DNA of 64,000 nucleotides from an uncultured delta proteobacterium (GCA_963815115.1 CAWFFN010000005.1:1-64000), one strand, 5' to 3'. Positions 30,930 to 42,202 are shown, counted from the stretch's first letter. Notes: generated by a model from the sequence alone, not told the origin. Translations and numbers: made by a program.

Positions 30930-31799
30930 ATGCTGTCGTTCAGCGAACGGCTCCGGCCGCACGGCGCGGCGAGCGCGGAAACGACGCGACCGGAACGCGG
31001 TTGCTCCCCTGCTCGGCCGCTGATTCTCGGCACGGTCCTCGATCCGATCGTTCGCACCACCGTCTGTCTCCTCGTCCTTCCCGCAGGGCTCGTCCTCGCG
31101 AGCCTCTGGGTCATGCTGCTCGTCCTCGTCGGCGCCCCGCACGCGTGGATCGACCGCACGTACACCGGCTTTGCACGCTTCGCTCTGTGGGCCGCGGGCA
31201 CGCGCACAGACGTTCGGGGGCTCGAGCACGTCCGACCGGGTCAAGCCTACGTCGTCGTGCCCAATCACGAGAGCGACTGGGATCCAGTCGTGCTCATGGC
31301 GGCCCTGAAGCAGCTCCGGTTGCGCGCGGTCATCAAAGAGCAGGCGGCCCGCGTCCCGATCTTCGGGCGTGCGCTGCTGCTCACGGGGAACGTCCGTGTG
31401 GAACGCACGCACACCGCCGAGGACGTGCAACGCATCCGTGAAGCGATGGCCGCGCGGCGACCGGACGTCTCGATGGTCTTCTACGCGGAGGGCACCCGCT
31501 CCCGCGACGGCGCCTTCCATGCGTTCAAGAAGGGCGCCTTCGCCACTGCGATCGCCTACCAGCTCCCGATCCTGCCCGTGGGGACTGCGGGAACCCGGCG
31601 GCTCTGGCCACCGCTCACGGTACGCATGCGGAGCGGACCGGTCGTCCTGGAAGTCGGCCCGCCGATCCCGGTCGAGGGCCTGACGCTCGACGACCGGGAC
31701 AGGGTGCGCGACGAGACCCATCGGGCCGTGCGCAAGCTCCGCGAAGCGGCGCGTCGCAGGCTTCGTACGCTCGGGATCGAGCCGGGTGGCATCGACTAG
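30930..31799 (+). CDS. Lysophospholipid acyltransferase (PlsC family)
   Basis: NHESDWD (Hx4D), FYAEGTRS, FKKGAF. Confidence 0.92.
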   Translation: MLSFSERLRPHGAASAETTRPERGCSPARPLILGTVLDPIVRTTVCLLVLPAGLVLASLWVMLLVLVGAPHAWIDRTYTGFARFALWAAGTRTDVRGLEHVRPGQAYVVVPNHESDWDPVVLMAALKQLRLRAVIKEQAARVPIFGRALLLTGNVRVERTHTAEDVQRIREAMAARRPDVSMVFYAEGTRSRDGAFHAFKKGAFATAIAYQLPILPVGTAGTRRLWPPLTVRMRSGPVVLEVGPPIPVEGLTLDDRDRVRDETHRAVRKLREAARRRLRTLGIEPGGID

Positions 31800-31833
31800 G
31801 GTGGCGCGGCTGCGTCGCACACCGCGGTCCCGG

Positions 31834-34800
31834 CTACCCCATTGTGACCTCGACCTCGTGGAGACGGCCGTCATGCAGGGCAGGCAGGACCGGTTGCGCG
31901 AGCGGCGAGCCGTCGAGCAGTACCGCGGCGATGCCGCGGCTGACGCCTCGCGGATTCGCGACGCGAATCCTGAACGAGGTGGCGCCGTCGTGCAGCGTCA
32001 CCTCGAATCCCGACCAGTGTCGCGGAATGCACGGATCGATCCGCCATGCGCCATGGTCGGGACGGATGCCGAGAAGCACCTCGATGCCGAAGCGATAGGC
32101 CCATCCCGCCGCACCCGTGTACCACGTCCATCCGCCGCGGCCGGTCCAGGGCGCAGCGCCGTATACGTCGGCCGCCAGAACATAGGGTTCCACGCGATAC
32201 CGCTCCACCGCCTCGCTCGTGCCGGCGTGGTGGACGGGAAGGAGCTTCTGGAACAGTGCGACCGTCTGGTCTGCCTCGCCGAGCTCGGCCAGTGCCCACA
32301 GGAACCAGATGGCGGCATGCGTGTACTGTCCGCCGTTTTCCCGCACCCCGGGCGGGTAGGCCTTGATGTAGCCGGGGTCGGCGGTGCCGCGATCGAACGG
32401 CGGGGCGAGGAGCAGGATGAGACCGTCATCCTCCCGGACGAGGTGCCGGCGCGCCGCGTCCATGGCCGCCGTCGCGCGCTGCGGGTCGGCTGCCGATGCG
32501 AGCACGGCCCAGGCCTGCGAGAGCGAATCGATCTGGCACTCGGCGCTGGCAGCGGACCCGAGCGGGGTATCGTCGTCGTAGTACCCCCGGCGATACCATT
32601 CGCCATCCCACGCCGATGCCTCGAGCGCCTGGCGCAACGCCTCGGCACGCTGACGCAGCTGGGCGGCGCGCCCAACCTCCTCCATGCGCTCGCAGAGGGG
32701 AGCGAAGCGGGTGAGCGTCGCGTGCAGGAACCAGCCGAGCCAGACGCTCTCTCCACGTCCGCGATTCCCGACCCGATCCATCCCGTCGTTCCAGTCGCCG
32801 CTGCCGAAAAGCGGCAGGCCGTGCGGCCCGGCCGTCTGTCCGCGCTCGATCGCCGCGACGCAGTGCCGGTACAAAGTTGCCCGCTGCTCGGTGAACGGAA
32901 AGCGCTCGTAGCGCGCCGCCTGCTCGGGGCGGAGGATCTCACCCTTCACGAATCCGATTTCTTCACGGAGGATCGTCTCGTCGCCCGTGGCAGTCACATA
33001 GAAGGCGGTCACGAACGGCAACCAGAGCAGATCATCGGAGCAGCGCGTGCGGACGCCTGCCCCGGAATGCGGGTGCCACCAATGGAGCACGTCGCCCGCC
33101 TCGAACTGGTGCCGCGCGGCCTCGAGGATGTGGGACCGACACGCTGCGGGCGCCGCGTGAAGCAGCGCGGTCACGTCCTGCAGTTGATCGCGAAACCCGA
33201 AGGCGCCTCCGGGCTGATAGAAACCCGCTCGTGCCCAGAGTCGACTGACGAGCGTCTGATAGAGGAGCCAGCGGTTCAGCATCAGGTCGAGCGCCGGGTC
33301 GGGCGTGCGCACCTGGACCGTGCGGAGCAGCGACTCCCACTGCTCCGTGACGGCGACCCGGGCGGACTCGACGTTCGCGCGGTCCCGATACCTCGTGATC
33401 AGCGCGGCCGCCTCGTCGCGGGAGCGGGCCTGACCGAGCAGGAAATGCACGTCCGCGGTCGCGCCGGGCGCGAGATCGATGTGGACCTGGAGCGCCGCGC
33501 ACGGATCGAGGCCGGCGCGAACGGTGCTCGCGAGGCCGATGCGCTGGAGGGCCAGCGGGCGCGCGCGGCTCCCGTGCCGGCCCAGGAACTCGGCGCGGTC
33601 GGCCGTCAGTCCGTGGAGCCTTTCGCTCGCAGCTGCAAATGCGATGCGGTCGCTGAAGTCCGTGCTCCAGGGGTTCCGCGCGAGCAGCGCTTCCGATGCG
33701 GGGTCGAACTCCGGGACGACGAACGCCTGCGTCGTGTCGCGCGTCGCCCCGAGCACCCACTCGACGTAGTAGGTCGCGGTCACGCGGCGGGGGCGATCGA
33801 GACGATTCGTCACCTGGAGCTGGACGATCTTGACGGGATCGTTCAGCGGAACCCACATGCGCACGTGCTGATCGAGCCCCCGGCAGCGATGATGGAAGGT
33901 AGTGTAGCCCGCGCCGTGCCGGACCTGGTACGAGCCGGGGCCTGGTGCGGGCAGCGGCGTGGGGGACCAGACGGCGGCCGTCTCCTCGTCGCGGAGATAG
34001 AGAGTCTCCCCTGGCTCGTCCCGCACCGGGTCGTTCCGCCACGGCGTGAGCCGATTCTCGCCGCTGTGTTCACCCCACGTCGAGCCGCCGCCGGACTCGG
34101 ACATGATGAAGCCGAAGTGGGGGTTGGCGACGACGTTCACCCAGGGCGCAGGGGTGACGTCGGTCGGCCCGAGATGAACGACGTACTCGTGGCCATCTGG
34201 AGTGAACCCTCCGAAGCCGTTGTCGTACAGGAGGCCTTCGGGGCGGTCGAGCGGCTCGGGCACCGCCGTGTCGGGCAAGGTGGGAACGAGCGGCGGCAGG
34301 CGGGCAGGCTCCTCGGTCAGCTGCGCGAGGTCACCCGCGAGGTCGGTCGGGGACGCATCGAGGACCACGCGTGCCGCGGCGAGGAGCAACGTGCGGTCGG
34401 CCTCCGGGATGTGGGCGGTGCGGAGGAGGAAGACGCCCCCCGTCTGGTCGCGTGACACCTCGGCGCCCGCACGAGAGATGGCGCGCGCGATCCGGTCCTC
34501 CACGTCTTCTGCGTAGCCAGCCGCATGTTCGGCGAGAATGACGACGTCGACCGCCATGCCCCGTCGGCGCCAGAGGCGGTGCACCCGAAGCACGAAGCGC
34601 AGGAGCGGGGTGTCCTCCGTCCCGGCGATCCGCACGAGCAGGATCGGGAGGTCACCGGAGATGGCGTATCGCCAGAGGCCCGGCTGACCGAGACGGTTGC
34701 GACCGAGCACGTCGGAAGGGGCGCGCAGCGCGTGGTGGGGATAGATCATGAGCGAGAGCAGCTTCTGGGCAAGGCGGAGATCGCGCGGCGCGAGCCCGAG

Positions 34801-37800
34801 GTCGGCGGCCTCCACCTCGGCGTTTTGCCGGGCGAGCTCGAACGGCCACTCGAGGTTGTGGAGCGAGCGGTAGCGGCGCGCGAGGGCAACGGCGGCCTCG
34901 CGCGAGTCGGCGGCGAGGAAGATGTACGCGAGCGTCACCTGTCGATGTGGCGGCAGCTCGATCTCGCCCGACAGTGCCATGGCCGGATCGAGCGTGGCGC
35001 CCACGGTACCAGCCGGACGTCGGCCGGCTTCCGCGAACGCAGCCGGGCATGGGGCATCTCGGCGTCGCCCGAGAAATCGCTCGCGCGAGCTCTCGTACGC
35101 CGTGGGCGCGGGCCGCCGGCTGCCCAGCACCATCATGTGCAGGAGCCAGCCGGACGCACTGCCGGTGCCAGGACGGCGGTGGAACACCAGGGCGTGCAGC
35201 TCGGGCAGGTACTCACTCTCGACGAATAGCTTGCTGAAGGCCGGATGGCGGCGGTCCGCGGCCTCGTCGCCGAGGACGACCTCGGCATAGCTCGTGATCT
35301 CGAGCTGGCGTCGCAGGCCGCTCTCGTTCGCCAGCGTTACCTCGCGGATCTCGACGTCGTCGTCCGGGGCCACGCACAGGCGCTGCACCAGCGCAATCGT
35401 CCCGACCCGGTGGCGGATCTCCGCCATGTGCGCGTGGAAGAGCACCTCCGATCCGCCAGACGTCGACGACCAGACGTCGCCGGTCACGAGATCGCGCAGG
35501 TAGAGACGGAAGCCACGGTCATCCAGCGTCGTGTCGGACTCCCAGCGCGTGAGCGAGACGTTCTTCCATCGACTGACGCTGCCGGTCTCGGTCACCATTG
35601 CGTGGTAGCGGCCGTTCGACAGCACATGGGCCTGCGGGAAGGCAGCGTTCCGCGGGGCGGCCCAGGGCTCGATCCGCGTGCGCCGGCGCACCGCAACAGG
35701 AGGGCGCTCCAGCGTGAGCCGGGGGTGCTCGACCGGGGCGGTCTCGGTCGGGAGCTCGAAGAGGAGCGGCTCGGCGGTCTGTACGATGGGTTCTGCGTGG
35801 AAGCGGCGCACCATGGCGCTCGCGTTCAGCACGTTGTCGAGTGCGGCGAGGATCATGCCCTGGTGATGCGCCATGAAGGAGTGAACCATGGCCCGCTCTT
35901 CGCCGGGTGGCAGTCGTGATCGCGTGCAGTCGAGCGCCTCGTAGAGACCGTAGCGCCCCGCGAGACCGAGGGCTTCGAGGCGCCGCAGATTGGCGAGCGC
36001 AGCGCGCGGCACGTACGGCAGCGCGAGCACGCAGGCATAGGGGGCGATGACGAGGTCGTCTTCCAGGCCACGCTGGAAGCCGAGGTCCGGCACGCCAAAG
36101 GCCCGGTACTGGTAGTTCTGATGCGCGTCGAACTGGTGGTACCCTGCCTCCGAGATGCCCCACGGCACGCCACGACGCTTGCCGTAGGCAATTTGCACGT
36201 CGATCGCGGCAACGCATCCGCGACCGATGAGGCTGTTCTCGCCCTCCCGCATGAGGAGCGGCGGCATGAGGTACTCGAACATGGTCCCGCTCCACGAGAG
36301 CAGCGTCCGCAGTCCATCGAAGCGGCCGAACGGACGGCCGAGATGGAGCCAGTGCTCCTCGGGCACCTCGCCCTTCGCGATGGCGAGGAAGCTCGCGAGC
36401 CGCGCCTCCGAGGCGAGGAGGTCATAGTGGTGCTCGTCCGGGGAGCCCGCGGTGACGCTGTAGCCGATGTGCAAGAGGTGGCGGCGCTCGTCGTAGAGCC
36501 ACGCGAAGTCCATCTCGAGAAAGAGTTCCTCCGCCTGCCGGCCGAGCGCCGCGAGGGTGTCCAGGAGGCTCTGGCCGCCTGCGCGCGCCTGCAGGAGGGT
36601 CCGGGCGAGACCTGCCGTCCAGGTCCTCGCGTCGATCGCCGCGACGTCGCCGTCGGACAGTGTGTGCAGCACTTCGTCGGCGCGCGAGAGGCACGCGGCG
36701 ACCCGCTCGCAGGCCGAGGGCAGGTCGCAGAGCGCGGGCTCCCGGGGAAGAGCCGCCACGAAGGCGGCCCACGCCGTCGACAATGCCTCGGGCGCGCCGG
36801 GCCGGGCGAAGAGCGCCGGCGGGCTCGCCATGGAAATTTCCCACGGAAGAAGGAGGTCGAAGTCACGGTGCAGCGCGTGGATATGCTCGCGCACCTGTCC
36901 CGACCAGGCGCGAAGCTCCGACGTGAGCTCCGGATCCAGGTCCGTCACCTCGGGCGCGATCGCCGCGAGCAGTGCCGGTTCGAGTTCGGACGAGACCCGC
37001 TCGAGCAGCCGGACGACGCCCGCTCCCCACGCGCTCCGCCGCGGCTTCAGCGCCGTCGCCTCCCGCCGGAGCTCGGCGACGCACCCTCCGAGCGGCTCGA
37101 ATCGTGGGGCGCCGTGCCGCTGCGTCGCCAGCTCGATCACGCCGCCGAGGGCGGCCAGTGTGTCGACCAATCCGTCCCAACGCGCCGGCCCGACCACGGC
37201 GGCTGACGCCAGCTCGCGGCAGCCCTGCTTCACGGCGACGAGACACCCGGCGAGGTTCCCGCTGTCCACGGTCGAGACGTATCGTGGAGGGAGCGGCTCG
37301 AGATCGCGCGTATCGTACCAGTTGTAGAAGTGGCCGCGGTAGCGCTGCATCCGGGCGAGCGTGTCGAAGCTGTTCCTCAGCCGGAGCACGACGGAGAGCC
37401 GGCCCGTATAACCGAGGTCGTGCGCCGCGAGAATCGCGAGCTGGAGGAGCCCGATGTTCGTGGGAGACGTGCGGTGCGCGACCTCTCCGCGAGGCGTCTC
37501 CTGGAAGTGATCAGGGGGGAGCCACTGGTCCGCTGGGCCGACGAAGGTCTCGAAGAAGAGCCAGGTCCGCCGAGCGAGGAGGCGCAGGTGACGCACGTCC
37601 TCGTCCACGAGCGGCTCCGTCTTCCGTCGTCGCGGTTGGCTCACGCGCGCCGCAATCTCGGGGGATACGAGCCAGAGCAACACGAGCGGCAACGCCGCAG
37701 GAAGGGCGGTCGGGCGGAGGAGCACGAGAGCAACCGCCGCGGCGACGGCGAGGAGCGGAGCCGTCATCATCTCGTGCCAGAACCGGCGCGCCGAGGTGTC

Positions 37801-40332
37801 TCCTCCGACGGCGCGGGCGGTTGCGGCTGCCGAGGTCCACTGGAGGAGCCGACGGCGGCTCACGGCCAAGCGAAAGAGCGTGCGCGCGATGGCGTCGCTC
37901 AGGACGACCGATCGGTGTGCCAGCAACACTGTGTGCAGCACCCACAAAGCGATCGACCGGCGGGCGTGCTCCAGCACGCTCCGCAAACTGCGTGACGGGG
38001 CCCTGAAGATGCGGATCGAGAGCAGCCCCTCCGCCGTCTCGGTCAGTGCGGGCGCGGCGAGTGCCAAGAGTGCGACCGCGGTCCACACCACGGGGCTGCC
38101 CGGCAGGCCGAACCACGCGACGAGGAGGAACCCGAACAGCGTCGGAGCGAGCAGCGTGCGTCGGAGGTTGTCGGCGATCTTCCATCGCGCGATGAGCGAG
38201 AGAGGATTGGGACCGTGCCGGCCGTCTTCGAGCGGGACACGGTGGCCGAGCCACGGCAGGAGCTGCCAGTCCCCTCGCGCCCAGCGATGGAGCCGCCGTG
38301 CATGCGTGAGGTAGTCGGGCGGGTAGTCCTCCAGCAGGACGATATCGGTCACGAGTGCCGTGCGCCCGTGGATGCCTTCGAACAGGTCGTGGCTGAGCAG
38401 CGCGTTCTCGGGGACCCGGCCACGCAGGCTGCGCGCGAAGGCCACCGGATCGTAGATCCCCTTGCCGATGTAGATGCCTTCACCGAAGAGGTCCTCGTAT
38501 GCGTCCGAAACGGCTCGCGCGTAGAGGTCGACACCTCCGTCCCCGACGAAGACGTGAGCGAACCAGGAGGCCTCGGCGCCGAGGGGCGTCACGTCGACGC
38601 GCGGTTGCAGCAACGTGTAGCCGGCGACCACGTGGCCCGTTCGCGCGTCGAACTCGGCCCGATTGAGGGGATGCGCGAAGGTCGCCACGAGCCGACGAGC
38701 GGCCTCGCGCGGCAGCTCGGTGTCCGCGTCGAGCGTGATGACGAAGCGGATCGTGCGCAGGACGTCGGGATCGCCGACGCGAAGGGAGAAGTCGCTCTCC
38801 CCTTCGCCAGCCAGCAGGCGGTTGAACGCCGCGAGCTTGCCGCGCTTGCGCTCCCAGCCCATCCAGCAGCCTTCGGCAGCATTCCAGCGTCGCGGACGGT
38901 GCAGGAGATGGAACTGTGCCGGGTCGCCCTTGCCGTATCGTGCGTTCAGCGTGCGGATCCCCTCTGCCGCCCGCCGGAGCAGCTCGTCGTCCTCCGGGAC
39001 CGCTTGCACCGGGGCGTCGGCCAGATCCGTGAGGAGCGCGAGGTGAAGGTTCGCGTCCGCGTTGGCGAGCCAATTGAGCTCGATCCTCGAGAGCAGTGCG
39101 GAGACATCCTCCGCGTCCCCGAGCAAGGCCGGCATGACCACCATGGTTCGGCAGTCGGGCGGGATCCCCTTGCGGAAGTCCATCTTCGGCAGCACCCGCG
39201 GCGGGAGCAGTCGTGTCACGAGCGTGTTCACGAGCGTGACGGCGATCGTGACCGCGGGCACGATCGCGAGCAGCATGGCGGTCGTGGCCAGGGCCACGCC
39301 GGTGCCAAGCGCACGCAGCGCGGCGAACAGCGCGCTCTCATGGAGCATGGCAAGGACGGCGATCGGCCCGAGATAGGCGCTCGTCGGGTGGCGCCTCAGA
39401 AACCCCTGCCAGCGCGTCGGCCAGGGACGACGAGCGCCGAGCGCGCGGTCGAGGGTCTCGACGCCGGCATCGACGAGGTGGTACCCGACGTGCGCGGCGC
39501 GTCCGCACCGGTACTCCCGCGCCGCACGGACCGCCTCCTCGGCGACCTCCTCCTCGGTGCGTCCGCTCTGCGAGGCGAGGTCCTCGACGACCTTCCGGTA
39601 GCGGTCGCGGGTGTCGAACTCCATCCGGGCATATGTCCCTGCGGGATCCTGACGGAGGATCTGCTCCGTCTCGCTGACCTGCTCGAAGAAAGCCTTCCAG
39701 TCGGTGGCCTCGAGGGCACGGAGGCTCCGGATGCAGCTCGCGACGACCTGATCTACCGCGGTCTCGCGCGGAGAAGGGCGGTTGGCTGCGACCGCTGGTT
39801 CCGCTTCCGGCACCGGTGGGGCGATCGAGGAGGCAACCGCGCCAAGCTGCTCGAGCAGGGCCACGCGGAGCAGGATGGGCAACGCCCAGACCTCGGCGAT
39901 GGACAGTCTCCGAAGCGTCTGGAACTCGGCGAGGAGGCTCAGGGCGCTGTCCGCATCGATGTGGCCGCTGCCGATGGCTACGAACTCGCGGGCCAGCCCG
40001 AAGACCAACGGGTAGCCGGCCAGGTCGCCGGTGGTGAGTCGCCGGAGTCGGCGCTCGAACTCGTGCGGAAACTCCTCACGGATCACGCGGAAGGCCCGCT
40101 CGACGATGTAGGAGTTGTCGAGCAGCCACTCCGCGGCCGGACTCTCGACCGCTTCACCGCCGGCGTCGCGCAGGCGTCGGTATGCGCTCTCGATGGCGCG
40201 CCGGGCGCCGCGGACGAGGTCGATCACGTGGGGCGCCCCGCGCCCGGCCCTCGCAAGGGGCGCGCCGGCGAGGCGCTTCAGTGGTTCGCTGACATCGGCC
40301 TCGTCGGCGACCGCGCCCGGATGAGCCACCAC
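31834..40332 (-). CDS. Cyclic beta-1,2-glucan synthase-like protein (GT84 plus C-terminal GH94), NdvB/Cgs family, intact
   Basis: WMGWERKRGKL, VITLDADT, LLSHDLFEG, HRWARGDWQL, YDLLASEARL, GAFGFRDQLQD, GDWNDG, ENGGQYTH, GGWTWYTG. Confidence 0.93.
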   Translation of the reverse strand: MVAHPGAVADEADVSEPLKRLAGAPLARAGRGAPHVIDLVRGARRAIESAYRRLRDAGGEAVESPAAEWLLDNSYIVERAFRVIREEFPHEFERRLRRLTTGDLAGYPLVFGLAREFVAIGSGHIDADSALSLLAEFQTLRRLSIAEVWALPILLRVALLEQLGAVASSIAPPVPEAEPAVAANRPSPRETAVDQVVASCIRSLRALEATDWKAFFEQVSETEQILRQDPAGTYARMEFDTRDRYRKVVEDLASQSGRTEEEVAEEAVRAAREYRCGRAAHVGYHLVDAGVETLDRALGARRPWPTRWQGFLRRHPTSAYLGPIAVLAMLHESALFAALRALGTGVALATTAMLLAIVPAVTIAVTLVNTLVTRLLPPRVLPKMDFRKGIPPDCRTMVVMPALLGDAEDVSALLSRIELNWLANADANLHLALLTDLADAPVQAVPEDDELLRRAAEGIRTLNARYGKGDPAQFHLLHRPRRWNAAEGCWMGWERKRGKLAAFNRLLAGEGESDFSLRVGDPDVLRTIRFVITLDADTELPREAARRLVATFAHPLNRAEFDARTGHVVAGYTLLQPRVDVTPLGAEASWFAHVFVGDGGVDLYARAVSDAYEDLFGEGIYIGKGIYDPVAFARSLRGRVPENALLSHDLFEGIHGRTALVTDIVLLEDYPPDYLTHARRLHRWARGDWQLLPWLGHRVPLEDGRHGPNPLSLIARWKIADNLRRTLLAPTLFGFLLVAWFGLPGSPVVWTAVALLALAAPALTETAEGLLSIRIFRAPSRSLRSVLEHARRSIALWVLHTVLLAHRSVVLSDAIARTLFRLAVSRRRLLQWTSAAATARAVGGDTSARRFWHEMMTAPLLAVAAAVALVLLRPTALPAALPLVLLWLVSPEIAARVSQPRRRKTEPLVDEDVRHLRLLARRTWLFFETFVGPADQWLPPDHFQETPRGEVAHRTSPTNIGLLQLAILAAHDLGYTGRLSVVLRLRNSFDTLARMQRYRGHFYNWYDTRDLEPLPPRYVSTVDSGNLAGCLVAVKQGCRELASAAVVGPARWDGLVDTLAALGGVIELATQRHGAPRFEPLGGCVAELRREATALKPRRSAWGAGVVRLLERVSSELEPALLAAIAPEVTDLDPELTSELRAWSGQVREHIHALHRDFDLLLPWEISMASPPALFARPGAPEALSTAWAAFVAALPREPALCDLPSACERVAACLSRADEVLHTLSDGDVAAIDARTWTAGLARTLLQARAGGQSLLDTLAALGRQAEELFLEMDFAWLYDERRHLLHIGYSVTAGSPDEHHYDLLASEARLASFLAIAKGEVPEEHWLHLGRPFGRFDGLRTLLSWSGTMFEYLMPPLLMREGENSLIGRGCVAAIDVQIAYGKRRGVPWGISEAGYHQFDAHQNYQYRAFGVPDLGFQRGLEDDLVIAPYACVLALPYVPRAALANLRRLEALGLAGRYGLYEALDCTRSRLPPGEERAMVHSFMAHHQGMILAALDNVLNASAMVRRFHAEPIVQTAEPLLFELPTETAPVEHPRLTLERPPVAVRRRTRIEPWAAPRNAAFPQAHVLSNGRYHAMVTETGSVSRWKNVSLTRWESDTTLDDRGFRLYLRDLVTGDVWSSTSGGSEVLFHAHMAEIRHRVGTIALVQRLCVAPDDDVEIREVTLANESGLRRQLEITSYAEVVLGDEAADRRHPAFSKLFVESEYLPELHALVFHRRPGTGSASGWLLHMMVLGSRRPAPTAYESSRERFLGRRRDAPCPAAFAEAGRRPAGTVGATLDPAMALSGEIELPPHRQVTLAYIFLAADSREAAVALARRYRSLHNLEWPFELARQNAEVEAADLGLAPRDLRLAQKLLSLMIYPHHALRAPSDVLGRNRLGQPGLWRYAISGDLPILLVRIAGTEDTPLLRFVLRVHRLWRRRGMAVDVVILAEHAAGYAEDVEDRIARAISRAGAEVSRDQTGGVFLLRTAHIPEADRTLLLAAARVVLDASPTDLAGDLAQLTEEPARLPPLVPTLPDTAVPEPLDRPEGLLYDNGFGGFTPDGHEYVVHLGPTDVTPAPWVNVVANPHFGFIMSESGGGSTWGEHSGENRLTPWRNDPVRDEPGETLYLRDEETAAVWSPTPLPAPGPGSYQVRHGAGYTTFHHRCRGLDQHVRMWVPLNDPVKIVQLQVTNRLDRPRRVTATYYVEWVLGATRDTTQAFVVPEFDPASEALLARNPWSTDFSDRIAFAAASERLHGLTADRAEFLGRHGSRARPLALQRIGLASTVRAGLDPCAALQVHIDLAPGATADVHFLLGQARSRDEAAALITRYRDRANVESARVAVTEQWESLLRTVQVRTPDPALDLMLNRWLLYQTLVSRLWARAGFYQPGGAFGFRDQLQDVTALLHAAPAACRSHILEAARHQFEAGDVLHWWHPHSGAGVRTRCSDDLLWLPFVTAFYVTATGDETILREEIGFVKGEILRPEQAARYERFPFTEQRATLYRHCVAAIERGQTAGPHGLPLFGSGDWNDGMDRVGNRGRGESVWLGWFLHATLTRFAPLCERMEEVGRAAQLRQRAEALRQALEASAWDGEWYRRGYYDDDTPLGSAASAECQIDSLSQAWAVLASAADPQRATAAMDAARRHLVREDDGLILLLAPPFDRGTADPGYIKAYPPGVRENGGQYTHAAIWFLWALAELGEADQTVALFQKLLPVHHAGTSEAVERYRVEPYVLAADVYGAAPWTGRGGWTWYTGAAGWAYRFGIEVLLGIRPDHGAWRIDPCIPRHWSGFEVTLHDGATSFRIRVANPRGVSRGIAAVLLDGSPLAQPVLPALHDGRLHEVEVTMG

Positions 40333-40344
40333 TCTCCGCCCTGC

Positions 40345-41442
40345 TCAGTGTCCAGGGTGGCTCCGCGCGGCCTCCTGTGCGCGTGTCGACTCGTGCACTG
40401 CACCGGCGAGATCCTGCAGGACGATGATCGGCCTGCTGCTCCGCTGAATGAGGTGCGCCACCGTGCTCCCGTACCGGTCGTTCGCGTTCCCGGTGGCCCC
40501 GTGTGCGCAGGCGACGATCAGATCGACGTCGTCGCGATCGGCAAGCTCGAGGATGGTATGAGGCTTGCGCGTCGAGACGACCGCGTTCGTCTGTACCCGG
40601 ATGCCCTGTGCCGAGAGGTCGTTCGAGAGGTTCTGCAGATAGTGCTCGCTCTCGAGGCGATTCCGTTCCGTGAGCCGGCGCGCGAGGGCGACATCCTCGG
40701 ACGACGGCGGCATGCGCCGGGGGAGCTCGGGCTCGGGCACGACGTGGGCGAGGACCAGGTCGGCGTCGTGCGCGCGAGCGAGCGCGACGGCGAAGGGCAG
40801 GATGCACTCGGCGCGCGGAGAGCAGTCGAGCGGCACGAGGATCCTGCCGAGGCGAAGCTGGGGTCGGCGTGCGGCCTCGGCGGCGTAGGCCGGCACGATG
40901 AGAATCGAGCTGTGCGTCCGTGCGACCACCTTCTGCACCGTGCTGCTGAGCACCCAGCTCGTGAGACCTCCTTCGCCATGGCTCGAGAGCACGATCAGGT
41001 CGACGTGGTGCTCCTGCGCGAAATGAATGATCTGCTCGGCCGGCCGGCCCTCTCGCACCGCGACGTCGGAGGTGAGGCCGGCGGCTACGAGCTGGTGGTT
41101 GAACCGTGCGAGCTGGCTGTGCGCCTCGGCGCGCGCGAGCTCCCACTCCACGGGATCGACGTGCCCGCTCGGGGCCGTGAGCACTCGGAGGAGCGTGATT
41201 CGTGCCGAGAGCACTTTGCCCACCGCGGCGGCGAACGGCAGGGCACACGCCGCCACCGCCGAGCCATCCAGCGGCACCAGGATGTGGCGAATCGTAAGAC
41301 TGGGATACCCGGCGGCGTCGCCTGCGGGCCCGGCGAAGGCGGACCGGCGAGTCGCTTGCGAGTCCCCCGCGGTCCGCTCAGCGAGTCGGGCGACCTGCAA
41401 GAGCGCGTCGGCCAAGGGAGAAGTCGTGTGTTCGAACGCCAT
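40345..41442 (-). CDS. Tandem-domain universal stress protein
   Basis: HILVPLDGS and RILVPLDCS domains. Confidence 0.9.
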   Translation of the reverse strand: MAFEHTTSPLADALLQVARLAERTAGDSQATRRSAFAGPAGDAAGYPSLTIRHILVPLDGSAVAACALPFAAAVGKVLSARITLLRVLTAPSGHVDPVEWELARAEAHSQLARFNHQLVAAGLTSDVAVREGRPAEQIIHFAQEHHVDLIVLSSHGEGGLTSWVLSSTVQKVVARTHSSILIVPAYAAEAARRPQLRLGRILVPLDCSPRAECILPFAVALARAHDADLVLAHVVPEPELPRRMPPSSEDVALARRLTERNRLESEHYLQNLSNDLSAQGIRVQTNAVVSTRKPHTILELADRDDVDLIVACAHGATGNANDRYGSTVAHLIQRSSRPIIVLQDLAGAVHESTRAQEAARSHPGH

Positions 41443-41466
41443 GCGCAAGGCGACCTGAGTGCTCAA

Positions 41467-41482
41467 GGCACTCTACATGCCG
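41467..41482 (-). promoter_or_regulatory. Possible sigma54 promoter
   Basis: CGGCATGTAGAGTGCC. Confidence 0.5.
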
Positions 41483-41530
41483 AGACGCTCCGCCGCTTCA
41501 CCGAGAGGTCCGCAGCCCACGAGTGAGGAT

Positions 41531-42202
41531 TCATCTCCAAGGATCGATCTCGAGATGGTCCTCCACCGACCGAACACCCGGCGCGAAGCGTGCCGCCGCC
41601 AGCGTCGCTCGCTTCTCCGCCCATGAGCGGACGTGGCCAGTGAGCTTTACGGTGCCAGTGGGCGTCACCTCTACCCCGATGCGCTTGGCTTCGCGATCTG
41701 CTCGTCGCTCGAGGGCATCTTCGATGGCTTCGCGGACCCGCTCCGGCAGCACCGGCGTTGTGGAGAGGACCGTCATCGTGTCGAACACGCCGCGCACGCC
41801 GACCAGGTTCTGCACCGCACGCTCGGCATCCTCGCGTTGGGTCCAGCTGTCGACGGTACCCTCGAGCGTCACCCAGCCGTTCGACACGGTCGACTGGATG
41901 CGCTCGTGCGGAACCAGCGCATCCCACTCGAGCGCCCGTCGCACCGCCTGTGCGATCTCGGTATCCGTCCGCACGAGATCTCCGGGGAGCTTCACCTTGA
42001 TGTCGTTCGCGACATCGAGCACGCCTGTTACGCAGTGCGCTGCCTCCTGAGCGGCCACTCGCTTGGCCCAGCTGCTCACCGTGCCGGTCAGGGTGACGAC
42101 ACCGCGATCGACCTCGACCCCGACCTCCGTCTCTTCGACCCGCGGATCCCAGCTCAGTTCGCGGAGCACGTCTTGCTGAATCTCTGAGTCGCTCTTCGCC
42201 AT
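41531..42202 (-). CDS. Triple-BON-domain protein (copy 2)
   Basis: Colinear paralog of 15141-15812. Confidence 0.92.
   Translation of the reverse strand: MAKSDSEIQQDVLRELSWDPRVEETEVGVEVDRGVVTLTGTVSSWAKRVAAQEAAHCVTGVLDVANDIKVKLPGDLVRTDTEIAQAVRRALEWDALVPHERIQSTVSNGWVTLEGTVDSWTQREDAERAVQNLVGVRGVFDTMTVLSTTPVLPERVREAIEDALERRADREAKRIGVEVTPTGTVKLTGHVRSWAEKRATLAAARFAPGVRSVEDHLEIDPWR

Noticed and set aside
31786-41526. Long plus-strand ORFs (889 aa at 31786-34455, 1103 aa at 38215-41526)
   Set aside because: Antisense shadows of cgs and USP in high-GC DNA; no motifs
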